The notes under the pieces are model-generated. The model was not told where the DNA came from and made no database searches. It was given only the letters and a program-made list of their open reading frames with translations. A stretch of DNA of 64,000 nt from Planctomycetota bacterium (GTDB lineage Bacteria > Planctomycetota > UBA1135 > UBA2386), in the NCBI GenBank assembly GCA_965228735.1, contig OZ245838.1, forward strand, positions 2,880,001 to 2,944,000. The letters are read 5' to 3'. The position numbers were made by a program, and so were the translations under genes. Positions 1 to 8,650 of this stretch are shown piece after piece. Position 1 is the first letter of the stretch. Each line of letters opens with the position of its first letter.

Positions 1-1080
1 CACGGGCTGCCCCTGGCCGTCGACGTGCTGGATCGTGATCGACCGGATCCGGTAGCGCGGCCCCTCGACGATCGCGAGCACGATGTCGACCTCGGTCCGA
101 TCCTCACTGAACACGACGTTGGCGAGGTCGACGGTCGCATCGAGGAAGCCGCGGCTGCGGTAGAACAGCCGCAACCGGTCGAGGTCCTCTTCGAGCACCT
201 CGCGGCTGTAGCCGACGCCGCGCGCGAGCCCCCACGCCGGATCGCTCTGGATGTGCGAGTCCCGCAGCAGGTAGCTGCCGGTGCCGGCGAACCCGAACCC
301 CGGCTCGGAAGCGAACGAGTCGTTGCCCAACGCGATGATGTCGCGAACCGTGACCTTGGTCCCTTCGTCGATGCGGAACTCGAGCGCGCGCCCACTGTCC
401 TCACCGCTGTTCTCGCCGCCCTCGATCGGCCGCTGCCGCAGCTCGACGTTCGCGAACGCGAACCCGTCGCGGTGGTAACGCGACAGCAGCACCTTGCGCA
501 TCGCCTCGGCCTCGTTCGACGTGACCTGGCGATCGCCGTCGAGGCCGAGCAGGCTGTTGACCGTGTCGCGCGACAGGCTGTCGAGGCCACGGAACTCGAC
601 CCGCTCGAACACCTCGATCTCGCGTTCGATGATGAACGTGAGGATCACGCCGTCGTCGGCCTCCTCGAGGAACGCGGACACGACGAGCCGACGCTCGTGC
701 CAGAGGTTCTCGCAGTCGGCCGTGACCCGCGCCGGGTCGTAGATCTGTCCGACGCGCGTCTCGAGGCTGCGCGTCAGCGAGTCGGCCGTCTGCGCGTCGA
801 CGAACTGCGCCCCACCTTCCTGCGCTCGCGCGATGCGGATCGCGCGCACGGTGCGCGTCTCACCGGCGGGCTCCTGCGCGCCCGGATCGACCGGCTTGCC
901 GGGGTCACCGACGGGCCGCTCCCGAAGGGTCGGCTGCACGTCCGGCCGCGGATCCTGACCACTGCCTGGTGGGTCGTTCCCCTGGTTGCGCTGCGCGCCC
1001 GGCAGCACGCCCGACTGCGCCGTGAGTGCGCCGGAGCACGCGCCGAGCCACACCCCGAGCACGAGCAGAACCGTCGCCAA
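1..1080 (-). CDS. bamA: Outer membrane protein assembly factor BamA/Omp85 family, N-terminal POTRA region (runs off window edge)
   Basis: Not in the ORF track; translated by hand from the probable TTG at 1080. Signal-like LATVLLVLGVWLGACSGALTAQ is followed by POTRA-like repeats (LETRVGQIYDPARVTADCENLW; YHRDGFAFANV..FRIDEGTKVTVRDI; YSREVLEEDLDRLRLFYRSRGFLDATV..IVEGPRYRIRSI). The frame is open to base 1. Confidence 0.85.
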   Translation of the reverse strand, partial: MATVLLVLGVWLGACSGALTAQSGVLPGAQRNQGNDPPGSGQDPRPDVQPTLRERPVGDPGKPVDPGAQEPAGETRTVRAIRIARAQEGGAQFVDAQTADSLTRSLETRVGQIYDPARVTADCENLWHERRLVVSAFLEEADDGVILTFIIEREIEVFERVEFRGLDSLSRDTVNSLLGLDGDRQVTSNEAEAMRKVLLSRYHRDGFAFANVELRQRPIEGGENSGEDSGRALEFRIDEGTKVTVRDIIALGNDSFASEPGFGFAGTGSYLLRDSHIQSDPAWGLARGVGYSREVLEEDLDRLRLFYRSRGFLDATVDLANVVFSEDRTEVDIVLAIVEGPRYRIRSITIQHVDGQGQPV

Positions 1081-1126
1081 TCCTGCAGGCCGGATGCTGC
1101 TCGATCCGACCTGCCGGCTGGCGCAC

Positions 1127-2473
1127 TCACTGCATCGGTTCTGCCCTGCGCGTGTAGTTCTCAAAACGCATGTATTCGCGGAAGAAGCGCAGCACGACCT
1201 CACCGGTCGGGCCATTGCGCTGCTTGGCGATGATGACTTGTGCGAGCCCGGCGTTCTCTTCCGTGGGTTTGAAGTACTCGTCGCGGTGCAGCAGGATGAT
1301 GACGTCCGCATCCTGCTCGATCGCGCCCGACTCGCGCAGGTCGCTCATCCGGGGGCGGTGATCATCGCGGCTCTCGACGTCGCGATTCAACTGCGACAGC
1401 GCGATTACGGGCATGGAAAGCTCCCGCGCGATGGCCTTGAGCCCGCGCGAGATCGCCGAGATTTCCTGTTGACGGCTCTCGACGCGGGTGCCCGCGGTCA
1501 TCAGCTGCAGATAGTCGACGACGAGCATGTCGATGCCGTGCTTCTGCTTCAGCCGGCGGCACTTGGCGCGCAGCTGCGTGATCGAGATGCCGGGCGTGTC
1601 GTCGACGAAGATCCGGGCCTCGTAGAGCCGCGCCGCCTCCTCCTGCAGCCGGCGATACTGCTGGTCCGTGATGCGCCCCTTGCGCATCGCCTGACCGTCG
1701 ATCTGCGCCCGACAGCACAGCATGTTCTGGATCACCTGCTGCTTGCTCATCTCGAGCGAGAAGAACGCCACGCCCGCGCCGAGGCTCGCGACGCGCTCGG
1801 TGAGGTTGAGCGCGAACGTCGTCTTACCCATCGACGGCCGCGCCGCGATGATGATGAGTTCCCCGGGCTGCAACCCGCCCGTCATGTCGTCGAAGTCGTA
1901 GTACTCGGTGCCGAGCCCCGTGAGCCGGCCATCGCGTTCCCGCAGGCGGTCGATGCGCTCGAACGTGAGCTGCAGCACGTCCGCGATGCTCGACGCCTCG
2001 CCGGCCTGCTCGAGGCGCGCGATCTCGAAGATGCGTCGTTCGGCGTCGTCGAGCAGGTCCTTGGCCTCGGTCTCGTTCGTGTAGGCCTGCTGCTGGATCT
2101 CCATGCACGTCGCGATGAGTTGCCGCTGCACCGACTTCTCGCGCACGATTTCGGCGTGGTAGGTCACGCCGGCCGCGGTCATCACGCTCTCCATCAGGTC
2201 GAGCAGTTGGCCGTGACCACCGGACTCCTCGAGCTTGCCGGTCCGCGACAGCTGCTCTCCGACCGAGATCGGGTCGGTCGCCTGCCGATCGTTGTAGCTC
2301 ACGACGATCGACTCGAAGATCAGCTGATGGCGCCGCAGGAAGAAGTCCTCCGGCTTGAGGAACGTCACGTCCGCCACCGCGTCCGGGTGCAGCAGCAGCG
2401 CCCCGATCACCGATCTCTCGGCATCGAGATTCTGCGGCGCCGAACGCCCCTCGCTGAGCTTGAAGTCCACCAT
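1127..2473 (-). CDS. dnaB: Replicative DNA helicase
   Basis: PQNLDAERSVIGALL, AARPSMGKT (Walker A), FFSLEMS, VVDYLQLM, ALSQLNR, SDLRESGAIEQDAD, IAKQRNGPTG; ATG at 2473. Confidence 0.98.
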   Translation of the reverse strand: MVDFKLSEGRSAPQNLDAERSVIGALLLHPDAVADVTFLKPEDFFLRRHQLIFESIVVSYNDRQATDPISVGEQLSRTGKLEESGGHGQLLDLMESVMTAAGVTYHAEIVREKSVQRQLIATCMEIQQQAYTNETEAKDLLDDAERRIFEIARLEQAGEASSIADVLQLTFERIDRLRERDGRLTGLGTEYYDFDDMTGGLQPGELIIIAARPSMGKTTFALNLTERVASLGAGVAFFSLEMSKQQVIQNMLCCRAQIDGQAMRKGRITDQQYRRLQEEAARLYEARIFVDDTPGISITQLRAKCRRLKQKHGIDMLVVDYLQLMTAGTRVESRQQEISAISRGLKAIARELSMPVIALSQLNRDVESRDDHRPRMSDLRESGAIEQDADVIILLHRDEYFKPTEENAGLAQVIIAKQRNGPTGEVVLRFFREYMRFENYTRRAEPMQ

Positions 2474-2702
2474 ACCGCGTCGTTCCGAGCGTCGCTCAGG
2501 GATACCGATCGCGACGCCAACGGACAAGGGACGGCCCGCTCGAGTCCGGTGCACAACCGGTGGAAAGGCCGCGGGAAACCCGACCGCGCAAGCGGCGAAG
2601 TCCGGCTGCACCCGCGCTCACTCGTGAACGCGGCTGTGAAGAGTTTTCACTCCGAGGTTTTTGCTGCCGGCCGCCCACTTCGCGGCGATCGTTTCGATCC
2701 GA

Positions 2703-4490
2703 TCAGTTCGGATCGATGACCCGCCCCTGCGAGTTGTCGTCCCCGAGTTCGATGACGCCGCGCGACGACAGCTCCGCGAGCACGTCGCACGCCTCGTCGT
2801 AGCCGATCCGCAGCCGCCGCCGCAGGAACGCGGCCGAGGCGCGCCGCGTCTCGAGCACGACCTGCCGCGCCTCGTCGAGCAGTCTCTCGTCGAGGCCATC
2901 GCCGAACAACGACTGCTGGCGACCCCCGTCCTCCTCGTCGAGTTCGCGTTGCCGCTCCCGCCGCGACCGGAAGCGGCGACTCGGCGCGGGTTCGATCTCG
3001 GCCGCGGGCTCCGCCGCATCGGCCGCCTCGGACTCGGGCTGCGGCTCTGGCCCTGGCTCTCGCGCTGGCTCTCGCGCTGGCTCCGGATCCGGGATCGGCT
3101 CCGGGCGCGGGATCGCGAAGACCGGCTCGTCGGCATCTTCGGCCGCCGCTTCACGATCTTCCGAATCGACACCGTCGTCGTCCTGAGAGCCATCGTCGTG
3201 CCCGTAGCCGGCGGCCGGCAGGATTGCTCCAGCCGCGGCCGGCGCCTCGTCGACCCCGCGCGATTCCGGGTTGTCGATCTCCTGGCTGTCCGGCGCGACC
3301 GGCAGCCACTCCTGCGGCTCGGCGCCCTCGGCTGCGTCACTGGTCGTCGCGTCGGCGGACTCAGCGGTCTCGGCCTCGGTCTCGGCCTCGGCCTCGGCCT
3401 CGGCGCCGCGCGCGTCGGAGCGCCGCACCTCTTCGTAACGGCGCTCGAAGTAGGACCGCCGCCGCGCGCGACGCGGCTCCGCCACGACGTCGGGCACCGG
3501 ATCCTCGACGGCCGGCTCGACCTCGGGCACGTCGCTGGCCTCGGAGAACTCGTAGGCCTCGGCATCGGCCAGCTCGGGCTCGGCCTTCGACGCCCCAGCC
3601 GACTCCACCGGCGCCGGTTCACTCGGTGCCGACTGCCGTTCCCCGACGAGCTCCGCGAGCTCATCGCTCGACAGATCGGCCGCGTCCCGGGCCACCGCGC
3701 GCTCGGGCGCAGGAGCCGGTGCGGGGTCATCGTGCAGCGAGATCGTGTCCCGCGCCGCCGCGTCGGACGCGCGCACCTTGCGCCCCGATCCGCCGGCAGC
3801 ACCCGGCCGCAACGGGGCAGCCTCGGTCGCCGGCGCCGGCGAACCCATGGTCGCGGACGCGAGGCCCTTGAGGTGATCGGTGACCTCGGGCTCGACGCCC
3901 TCGTCGGCCGCGGCTTTGGCGGACGCCGGCTTCGCGCCGCCCGCACCGCGATACATGGACCGCGCATACAGCCGTTCGAACGTCTCGCTGAACAGGAAGT
4001 CGGTCGCGAGCAGCAGCGCGCCGAGCGTCGTGACCGACGCGAGCAGCATCGAGGGGTAGTAGCCGAACGCCGCGACGAGCCGCGCCGCGAAGAACGCGCC
4101 GAGCTCGCCGAGGTGCGGGCGCGCGTCGACCTGTTCGCCGACGTTCATGAACACGCCGAGCATGACGAGCACGGCGACGAGCCGGATCACGCGGTTCAGC
4201 GGCCGCTCGACGCGACCCGTGAAGAACCAGATCGACGTCCAGATCAGCAGCAGCAGGAAGAACATCACCGCCGGCGCGAAGCCGAACGTGCGATAGATCG
4301 CGGCGTAGATCGTCTGGAGCCACGACTCGACGGCGATCGTGTGCTGGTAGAAGTGGAAGTAGAACAGCGCCGACAGCGAGAAGACCGCGATGCAGAACGG
4401 AATCAGCAGCGCGCCGCGTTGCAGTCGGCCGGTCTCGTTGGGCTCGGCCTGGTTGGATCCGGCCGGACCGCCGGGCTGATTGTCGGTCAT
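2703..4490 (-). CDS. FtsK-like membrane protein: 4TM domain + acidic linker + FtsK gamma-like winged helix, no ATPase motor
   Basis: N-terminal TM helices resemble FtsK 4TM (FGFAP.., GELGAFFAARLVAAFGYYPSMLL..LLLATDFLFS). The C-terminus DERLLDEARQVVLETRRASAAFLRRRLRIGYDEACDVLAELSSRGVI matches the gamma domain of the adjacent FtsK. No Walker A/B. GGAGGGG RBS before ATG 4490. Confidence 0.8.
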   Translation of the reverse strand: MTDNQPGGPAGSNQAEPNETGRLQRGALLIPFCIAVFSLSALFYFHFYQHTIAVESWLQTIYAAIYRTFGFAPAVMFFLLLLIWTSIWFFTGRVERPLNRVIRLVAVLVMLGVFMNVGEQVDARPHLGELGAFFAARLVAAFGYYPSMLLASVTTLGALLLATDFLFSETFERLYARSMYRGAGGAKPASAKAAADEGVEPEVTDHLKGLASATMGSPAPATEAAPLRPGAAGGSGRKVRASDAAARDTISLHDDPAPAPAPERAVARDAADLSSDELAELVGERQSAPSEPAPVESAGASKAEPELADAEAYEFSEASDVPEVEPAVEDPVPDVVAEPRRARRRSYFERRYEEVRRSDARGAEAEAEAETEAETAESADATTSDAAEGAEPQEWLPVAPDSQEIDNPESRGVDEAPAAAGAILPAAGYGHDDGSQDDDGVDSEDREAAAEDADEPVFAIPRPEPIPDPEPAREPAREPGPEPQPESEAADAAEPAAEIEPAPSRRFRSRRERQRELDEEDGGRQQSLFGDGLDERLLDEARQVVLETRRASAAFLRRRLRIGYDEACDVLAELSSRGVIELGDDNSQGRVIDPN

Positions 4491-4595
4491 GCGCCCCTCC
4501 GCGGGCTGGTGCTGCGATAGGTCCGATACCACCGGACGAGCGGCGAAGCTAACACCGAGTGGCCGACGCGACAAGCAAGGGCCAGATCCCGCGGC

Positions 4596-7500
4596 TCACG
4601 CATCGCGGCTGTCCTCGTCCTCGTCCTCGTCCTCTTCGAGCTCGTCGTCCTCGAGGTCCTCGCCGTCCTCGTCCTCCTCGTCCTCCTCGTACTCCTCGCC
4701 GTCCTCGTCGTCGTCCTCGAGCTCCTCGTCGTCCTCTTCGCCTTCGTCCTCGAGGTCTTCGTCTTCGTCTTCGTCCTCTTCCTCTTCCTCTTCCTCTTCT
4801 TCCTCGTCCTCTTCCTCGTCCTCTTCTTCCTCGCCCTCGTCCGCTTCGTCTTCCTCGGCCTCGTCCGCCGCCGCGTCCTCGTCGTCCGCCGTGATCTCGA
4901 CCGTCTCGGCCGCATCCACCGCCGCCGCGACTGCCGCCTCGATGTCCTCGCCTTCCTCGACGACGATCACGTCCTCGGCGTCGACCTCTTCGTATTCGGC
5001 CTCCTCGCCGCCCTCGAGGTCGGCCATCGCGTCCGCCATGTCGGCCTCGCGCTGCTTCCACTCGTCGAGCGTCATCATGACCTCGCGCGACTTGCTGCCG
5101 ACGAACGGACCGACGAGTCCGTCGGCCTCCATGAGCTCGAGCAGGCGGGTCGCGCGCGTGTAGCCGACCGACAACGCCCGCTGCAACAGCGTCGCGGACC
5201 CGCGTTGCTGCCCGAGGATCACCTCGACCGCGTCGTTGTAGAGTTCGTCCGACTTCGCGGCGCTCGGCCGCGAACTGCTCTGCGTCTGCACGAGGTCGCG
5301 GTTGAACTGCGGCTCCTGACCGTGCTCCTCGAGATGCTGGATGACGGCCGCGAGTTCTTCGTCGGCGACGAACGCGCCCTGTGCGCGCAACAGCGCCCCA
5401 CCGCCCGGCGGCATGTAGAGCATGTCACCGTGCCCGAGCAGCTTCTCCGCGCCATTGGCGTCGAGGATCACGCGCGAGTCGATCCGACGGTTGACGCGGA
5501 ACGCGATCTGACACGGCAGGTTGGCCTTGATGATGCCCGTGATGACCTCGCTGCTCGGCCGCTGCGTCGCGAGGATCACGTGCATGCCGACGGCGCGCGA
5601 CTTCTGCGCGAGGCGCTGGATCGAGTCCTCGACCTCGTTCTGCGCGACGTTCATGAGGTCGGCGAACTCGTCGATCACGATCACGATGTACGGCAGCTGC
5701 ACGCGGTCGGGCTCGAGCGCCTTGCCGATGCGCCGTTCGACCTCCTGCTGTCCGAGCCGGTTGTAGCTGCGGATGTGATTCACCCCCGCGGCCGACAGCA
5801 TCGTGTAGCGGTGCTCCATCTCCTCGACGGCCCACTGCAGCACCGCCGGCGCCTTCTTCATGTTCGTGACGACGTCACAGCACAGGTGCGGCACGCGCTT
5901 GTAGGCCTGCAGCTCGACCATCTTGGGGTCGACGAGGATCAGCTTGACCTGGGCGGGCGACCGCGTCATCAGGACCGACAGCAAGATCGCGTTGATGCAG
6001 ACCGACTTGCCGGAGCCCGTCGTGCCCGCGATCAGCAGGTGCGGCATGCGCGCGAGATCCTCGACGATCGGGTTGCCCGCGACGTCCTTGCCGAGGTAGA
6101 GCGGGATGCCGAGGTCCTCCGATCGCCCGAACTGGTCGAGCAGATCGCGCATCAGCACCTTCTGCCGTTCCTCGTTCGGCACCTCGACGCCGACCGTGTC
6201 CTTGCCGGGGATCGGCGCGACGACGCGCACCGAGATCGCCTTGAGCGCCGCCGCGAGATCCGACTCGAACGTCGTGATCTTGTTGACCCGGATATGGTCC
6301 GCGAGCCGCAGTTCGTACTGCGTCACCGCCGGCCCGACGGACGCGGCGACGACCTCGGCCTCGACCTTGAAGTTCGCGAGCTTCGCGACGATCGCCTCAC
6401 CACCCTGCGTCAGCTGCTCGGACGTCGCGCCGATGTCGCCCTGCACGGGCTCGGAGAACAACTCGAACGGCGGGAACGGGTAGGCCTCGTCGAACGGCAG
6501 ATCGCTCTGCTGGCTCGACTTGCTCGGCGCGCGCTTGCTCGGCCGCTTGCGCACGATGCGGATCTTGACGGGCTTCTTCGCGGGCGCCGTCGGCTCTTCG
6601 ACCTCGTCGCCCGCGAGCTGCGCAGCGACGGCGTTCTGCGCCGGGTCCGAGCCATCGCTCGCAGCCACCGCACCGTTCGTGCTCGGCGCGGCGGCCGTCG
6701 CCGGCGCACCGGCATCCGAGTCGTGCTCCGCGTCGGCGCCCGTCGCCGTATCGACGTGCCCGCCGGAGTCGGCCGCGGCCTTCGATCGCCGCGAACGCGG
6801 CTTGGCCGCCGCGCTCGGCGCCGCATCTGGATCCTGCACGGCCTCGACGGCCGCGGCGGCCGCCGACTCGACGGCCTCGGACTCCGCGGCGGCGGCAGCA
6901 GCGGCCGCGGCTGCCGCAGCTTCGCGCTCGGCCGCGATCTCCTTGCGCCGGCGGCGGCGGCCGGACTTGGGCGGCGCGACGACCGCGGTGACTGCCGGCT
7001 CGGCAACGGCGTCCGGCTCGGCCGCCTCGTCCTCGTCGACGTTCGCGGCCGTTTGCGTGCGCCCCCGCCGAGACCGCACTCCCGACCTGCCGGCCCCGTC
7101 GCCGTCCCGGTCCGCGACGTCCTGCTCGGGCATGCCAACGGCGCCACCCTCGACCGCGAGCGCCGGCCGCGCGCGCTCCCGCCACCAGGCGACGACGCGC
7201 TGCCACAGCTCCTCGCCGCCGGCGAGCGCGCGCATCAGCATCTGCGAGAACAGCCATTCCGTCACGAGCAGCAGCGACACGAGCATGCCGAACCCGACGA
7301 TGAGCAACCGCCCCGAACCACCGAAGGCCGCCTCGAGACTCGGCGACACCGTCGCGCCGAAGATGCCGCCCGCGCTGTACGGCGTGAGCCCGGAGAACCC
7401 AGCGTCGCCGGCGCGACCGGCCAGCAGGATCGCGAACATCATCGCGAACGCGAGCGCGCCGACGGCCTTGATGATCGGCTTCTCGACCCGACGCCCGATG

Positions 7501-7838
7501 AAGAGCAGCACGCCGTGCGTGAGCAGCACGAGCGCCGGCACCCAGCCCGCATAGCCGAGCGGACAGACGAACGCGAACGCCAGGTAGTAGCCGACCGCGC
7601 CGCCGAGATTCTCGAGCCCGGCGCTCGGGATGCCCGCGTCGCCGGCGAGTCGAAACGTCGACAACGCCAGCAGCACGTAGAGCGCGAAGCCGCTGAGCCC
7701 GAGCGCGAGCAGCTCGCGGGAGCGTTGCGACAGGCCGGGCTCCGGCACGTCCTCGAGCGGCACGAACTTCGTGCCGCGGCGCTTCTTCGGCTGGTCTTTG
7801 GCGTCGGTGTCGGTCTTCTTGGCTGTCGCGCGGCTCAT
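4596..7838 (-). CDS. ftsK: DNA translocase FtsK with long Asp/Glu C-terminal tail
   Basis: 4TM N-terminus, PHLLIAGTTGSGKS, LVDPKMVEL, VIDEFADLM, LATQRPS, GAEKLLGHGDML, gamma domain (SATLLQRALSVGYTRATRLLELME). Confidence 0.97.
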   Translation of the reverse strand: MSRATAKKTDTDAKDQPKKRRGTKFVPLEDVPEPGLSQRSRELLALGLSGFALYVLLALSTFRLAGDAGIPSAGLENLGGAVGYYLAFAFVCPLGYAGWVPALVLLTHGVLLFIGRRVEKPIIKAVGALAFAMMFAILLAGRAGDAGFSGLTPYSAGGIFGATVSPSLEAAFGGSGRLLIVGFGMLVSLLLVTEWLFSQMLMRALAGGEELWQRVVAWWRERARPALAVEGGAVGMPEQDVADRDGDGAGRSGVRSRRGRTQTAANVDEDEAAEPDAVAEPAVTAVVAPPKSGRRRRRKEIAAEREAAAAAAAAAAAAESEAVESAAAAAVEAVQDPDAAPSAAAKPRSRRSKAAADSGGHVDTATGADAEHDSDAGAPATAAAPSTNGAVAASDGSDPAQNAVAAQLAGDEVEEPTAPAKKPVKIRIVRKRPSKRAPSKSSQQSDLPFDEAYPFPPFELFSEPVQGDIGATSEQLTQGGEAIVAKLANFKVEAEVVAASVGPAVTQYELRLADHIRVNKITTFESDLAAALKAISVRVVAPIPGKDTVGVEVPNEERQKVLMRDLLDQFGRSEDLGIPLYLGKDVAGNPIVEDLARMPHLLIAGTTGSGKSVCINAILLSVLMTRSPAQVKLILVDPKMVELQAYKRVPHLCCDVVTNMKKAPAVLQWAVEEMEHRYTMLSAAGVNHIRSYNRLGQQEVERRIGKALEPDRVQLPYIVIVIDEFADLMNVAQNEVEDSIQRLAQKSRAVGMHVILATQRPSSEVITGIIKANLPCQIAFRVNRRIDSRVILDANGAEKLLGHGDMLYMPPGGGALLRAQGAFVADEELAAVIQHLEEHGQEPQFNRDLVQTQSSSRPSAAKSDELYNDAVEVILGQQRGSATLLQRALSVGYTRATRLLELMEADGLVGPFVGSKSREVMMTLDEWKQREADMADAMADLEGGEEAEYEEVDAEDVIVVEEGEDIEAAVAAAVDAAETVEITADDEDAAADEAEEDEADEGEEEEDEEEDEEEEEEEEEEDEDEDEDLEDEGEEDDEELEDDDEDGEEYEEDEEDEDGEDLEDDELEEDEDEDEDSRDA

Positions 7839-8503
7839 CCGGCTCTCCCGCTTTCGTGCAGCGCGACCGCGGCGTCGACGATGCGGCGCGCGGTCACGGA
7901 CTTGTCCTGGCGCGGCAGTCGCTCGTCGCGACCGTCCGCAAAGCAGAGCACGACCTCGCTGCCCGTGGCATCGATGGCGTCGTGCAGGTTCACCACGACG
8001 AAGTCGAGGTGCTTGTGGCGCAGCTTCTCCCGGCCGCGGGCGATCGCGGCCTGGAGCCCGGCACGGGTCGATTCGAGCGCGAAGCCGACGACGACACGCG
8101 GCGCGGCCGCCCCGCTTGCCTTGCTCGAACCGAGCCCGGCGACGATGTCAGGATTGCGTACCAGGTCGATCTGGATCCGTTCGGCCGCACGCGGCGGCTT
8201 CCCGGCCTTGCGATCGACGGGTCGGTAGTCCGACACCGCGGCGGCCGCGATCGCGACCTCCGCGTGCTCGAACGCCGCGACCGCCGCCCGCTGCATCTCG
8301 AGCGCCGATACCACGGGCACGACCGTCGCCCCGGCCGGCGGCTCGATGGCCACCGGTCCGAGCACGAGGGTCGGCGCGTGACCGGCCGCGAGCGCCGCGG
8401 CAGCGAGCGCACACCCCATGCGGCCCGAGCTACCATTGCTCAGGTACCGAACGTCATCGAGGTACTCGCGGGTCGGACCCGCGGTGATCACGATGGACGC
8501 CAT
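7835..8503 (-). CDS. coaB: Phosphopantothenate--cysteine ligase (stand-alone CoaB/DFP domain)
   Basis: ITAGPTREYLDDVRYLSNGSSGRMG, AAAVSDYRP, VGFALES, KHLDFVVVN; stop overlaps ftsK ATG (ATGA). Confidence 0.9.
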   Translation of the reverse strand: MASIVITAGPTREYLDDVRYLSNGSSGRMGCALAAAALAAGHAPTLVLGPVAIEPPAGATVVPVVSALEMQRAAVAAFEHAEVAIAAAAVSDYRPVDRKAGKPPRAAERIQIDLVRNPDIVAGLGSSKASGAAAPRVVVGFALESTRAGLQAAIARGREKLRHKHLDFVVVNLHDAIDATGSEVVLCFADGRDERLPRQDKSVTARRIVDAAVALHESGRAG

Positions 8504-8650
8504 GCCCCCGCACAGAGACCAGTATCCGCCACGCGTCCTATCGTAGTAACACGCTCTCGGCAGGGGAGAAAAATCGAATCCTGGGCTCTAGTTGTTGCGA
8601 AACGAAAACGTTGTGCGTTCAGGCTCCGCCTGACTTTGGAAACCACTGCC

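Noticed and set aside
2480..2700. oriC next to dnaB
   Set aside because: No perfect DnaA boxes, no AT-rich unwinding element, no dnaA/dnaN
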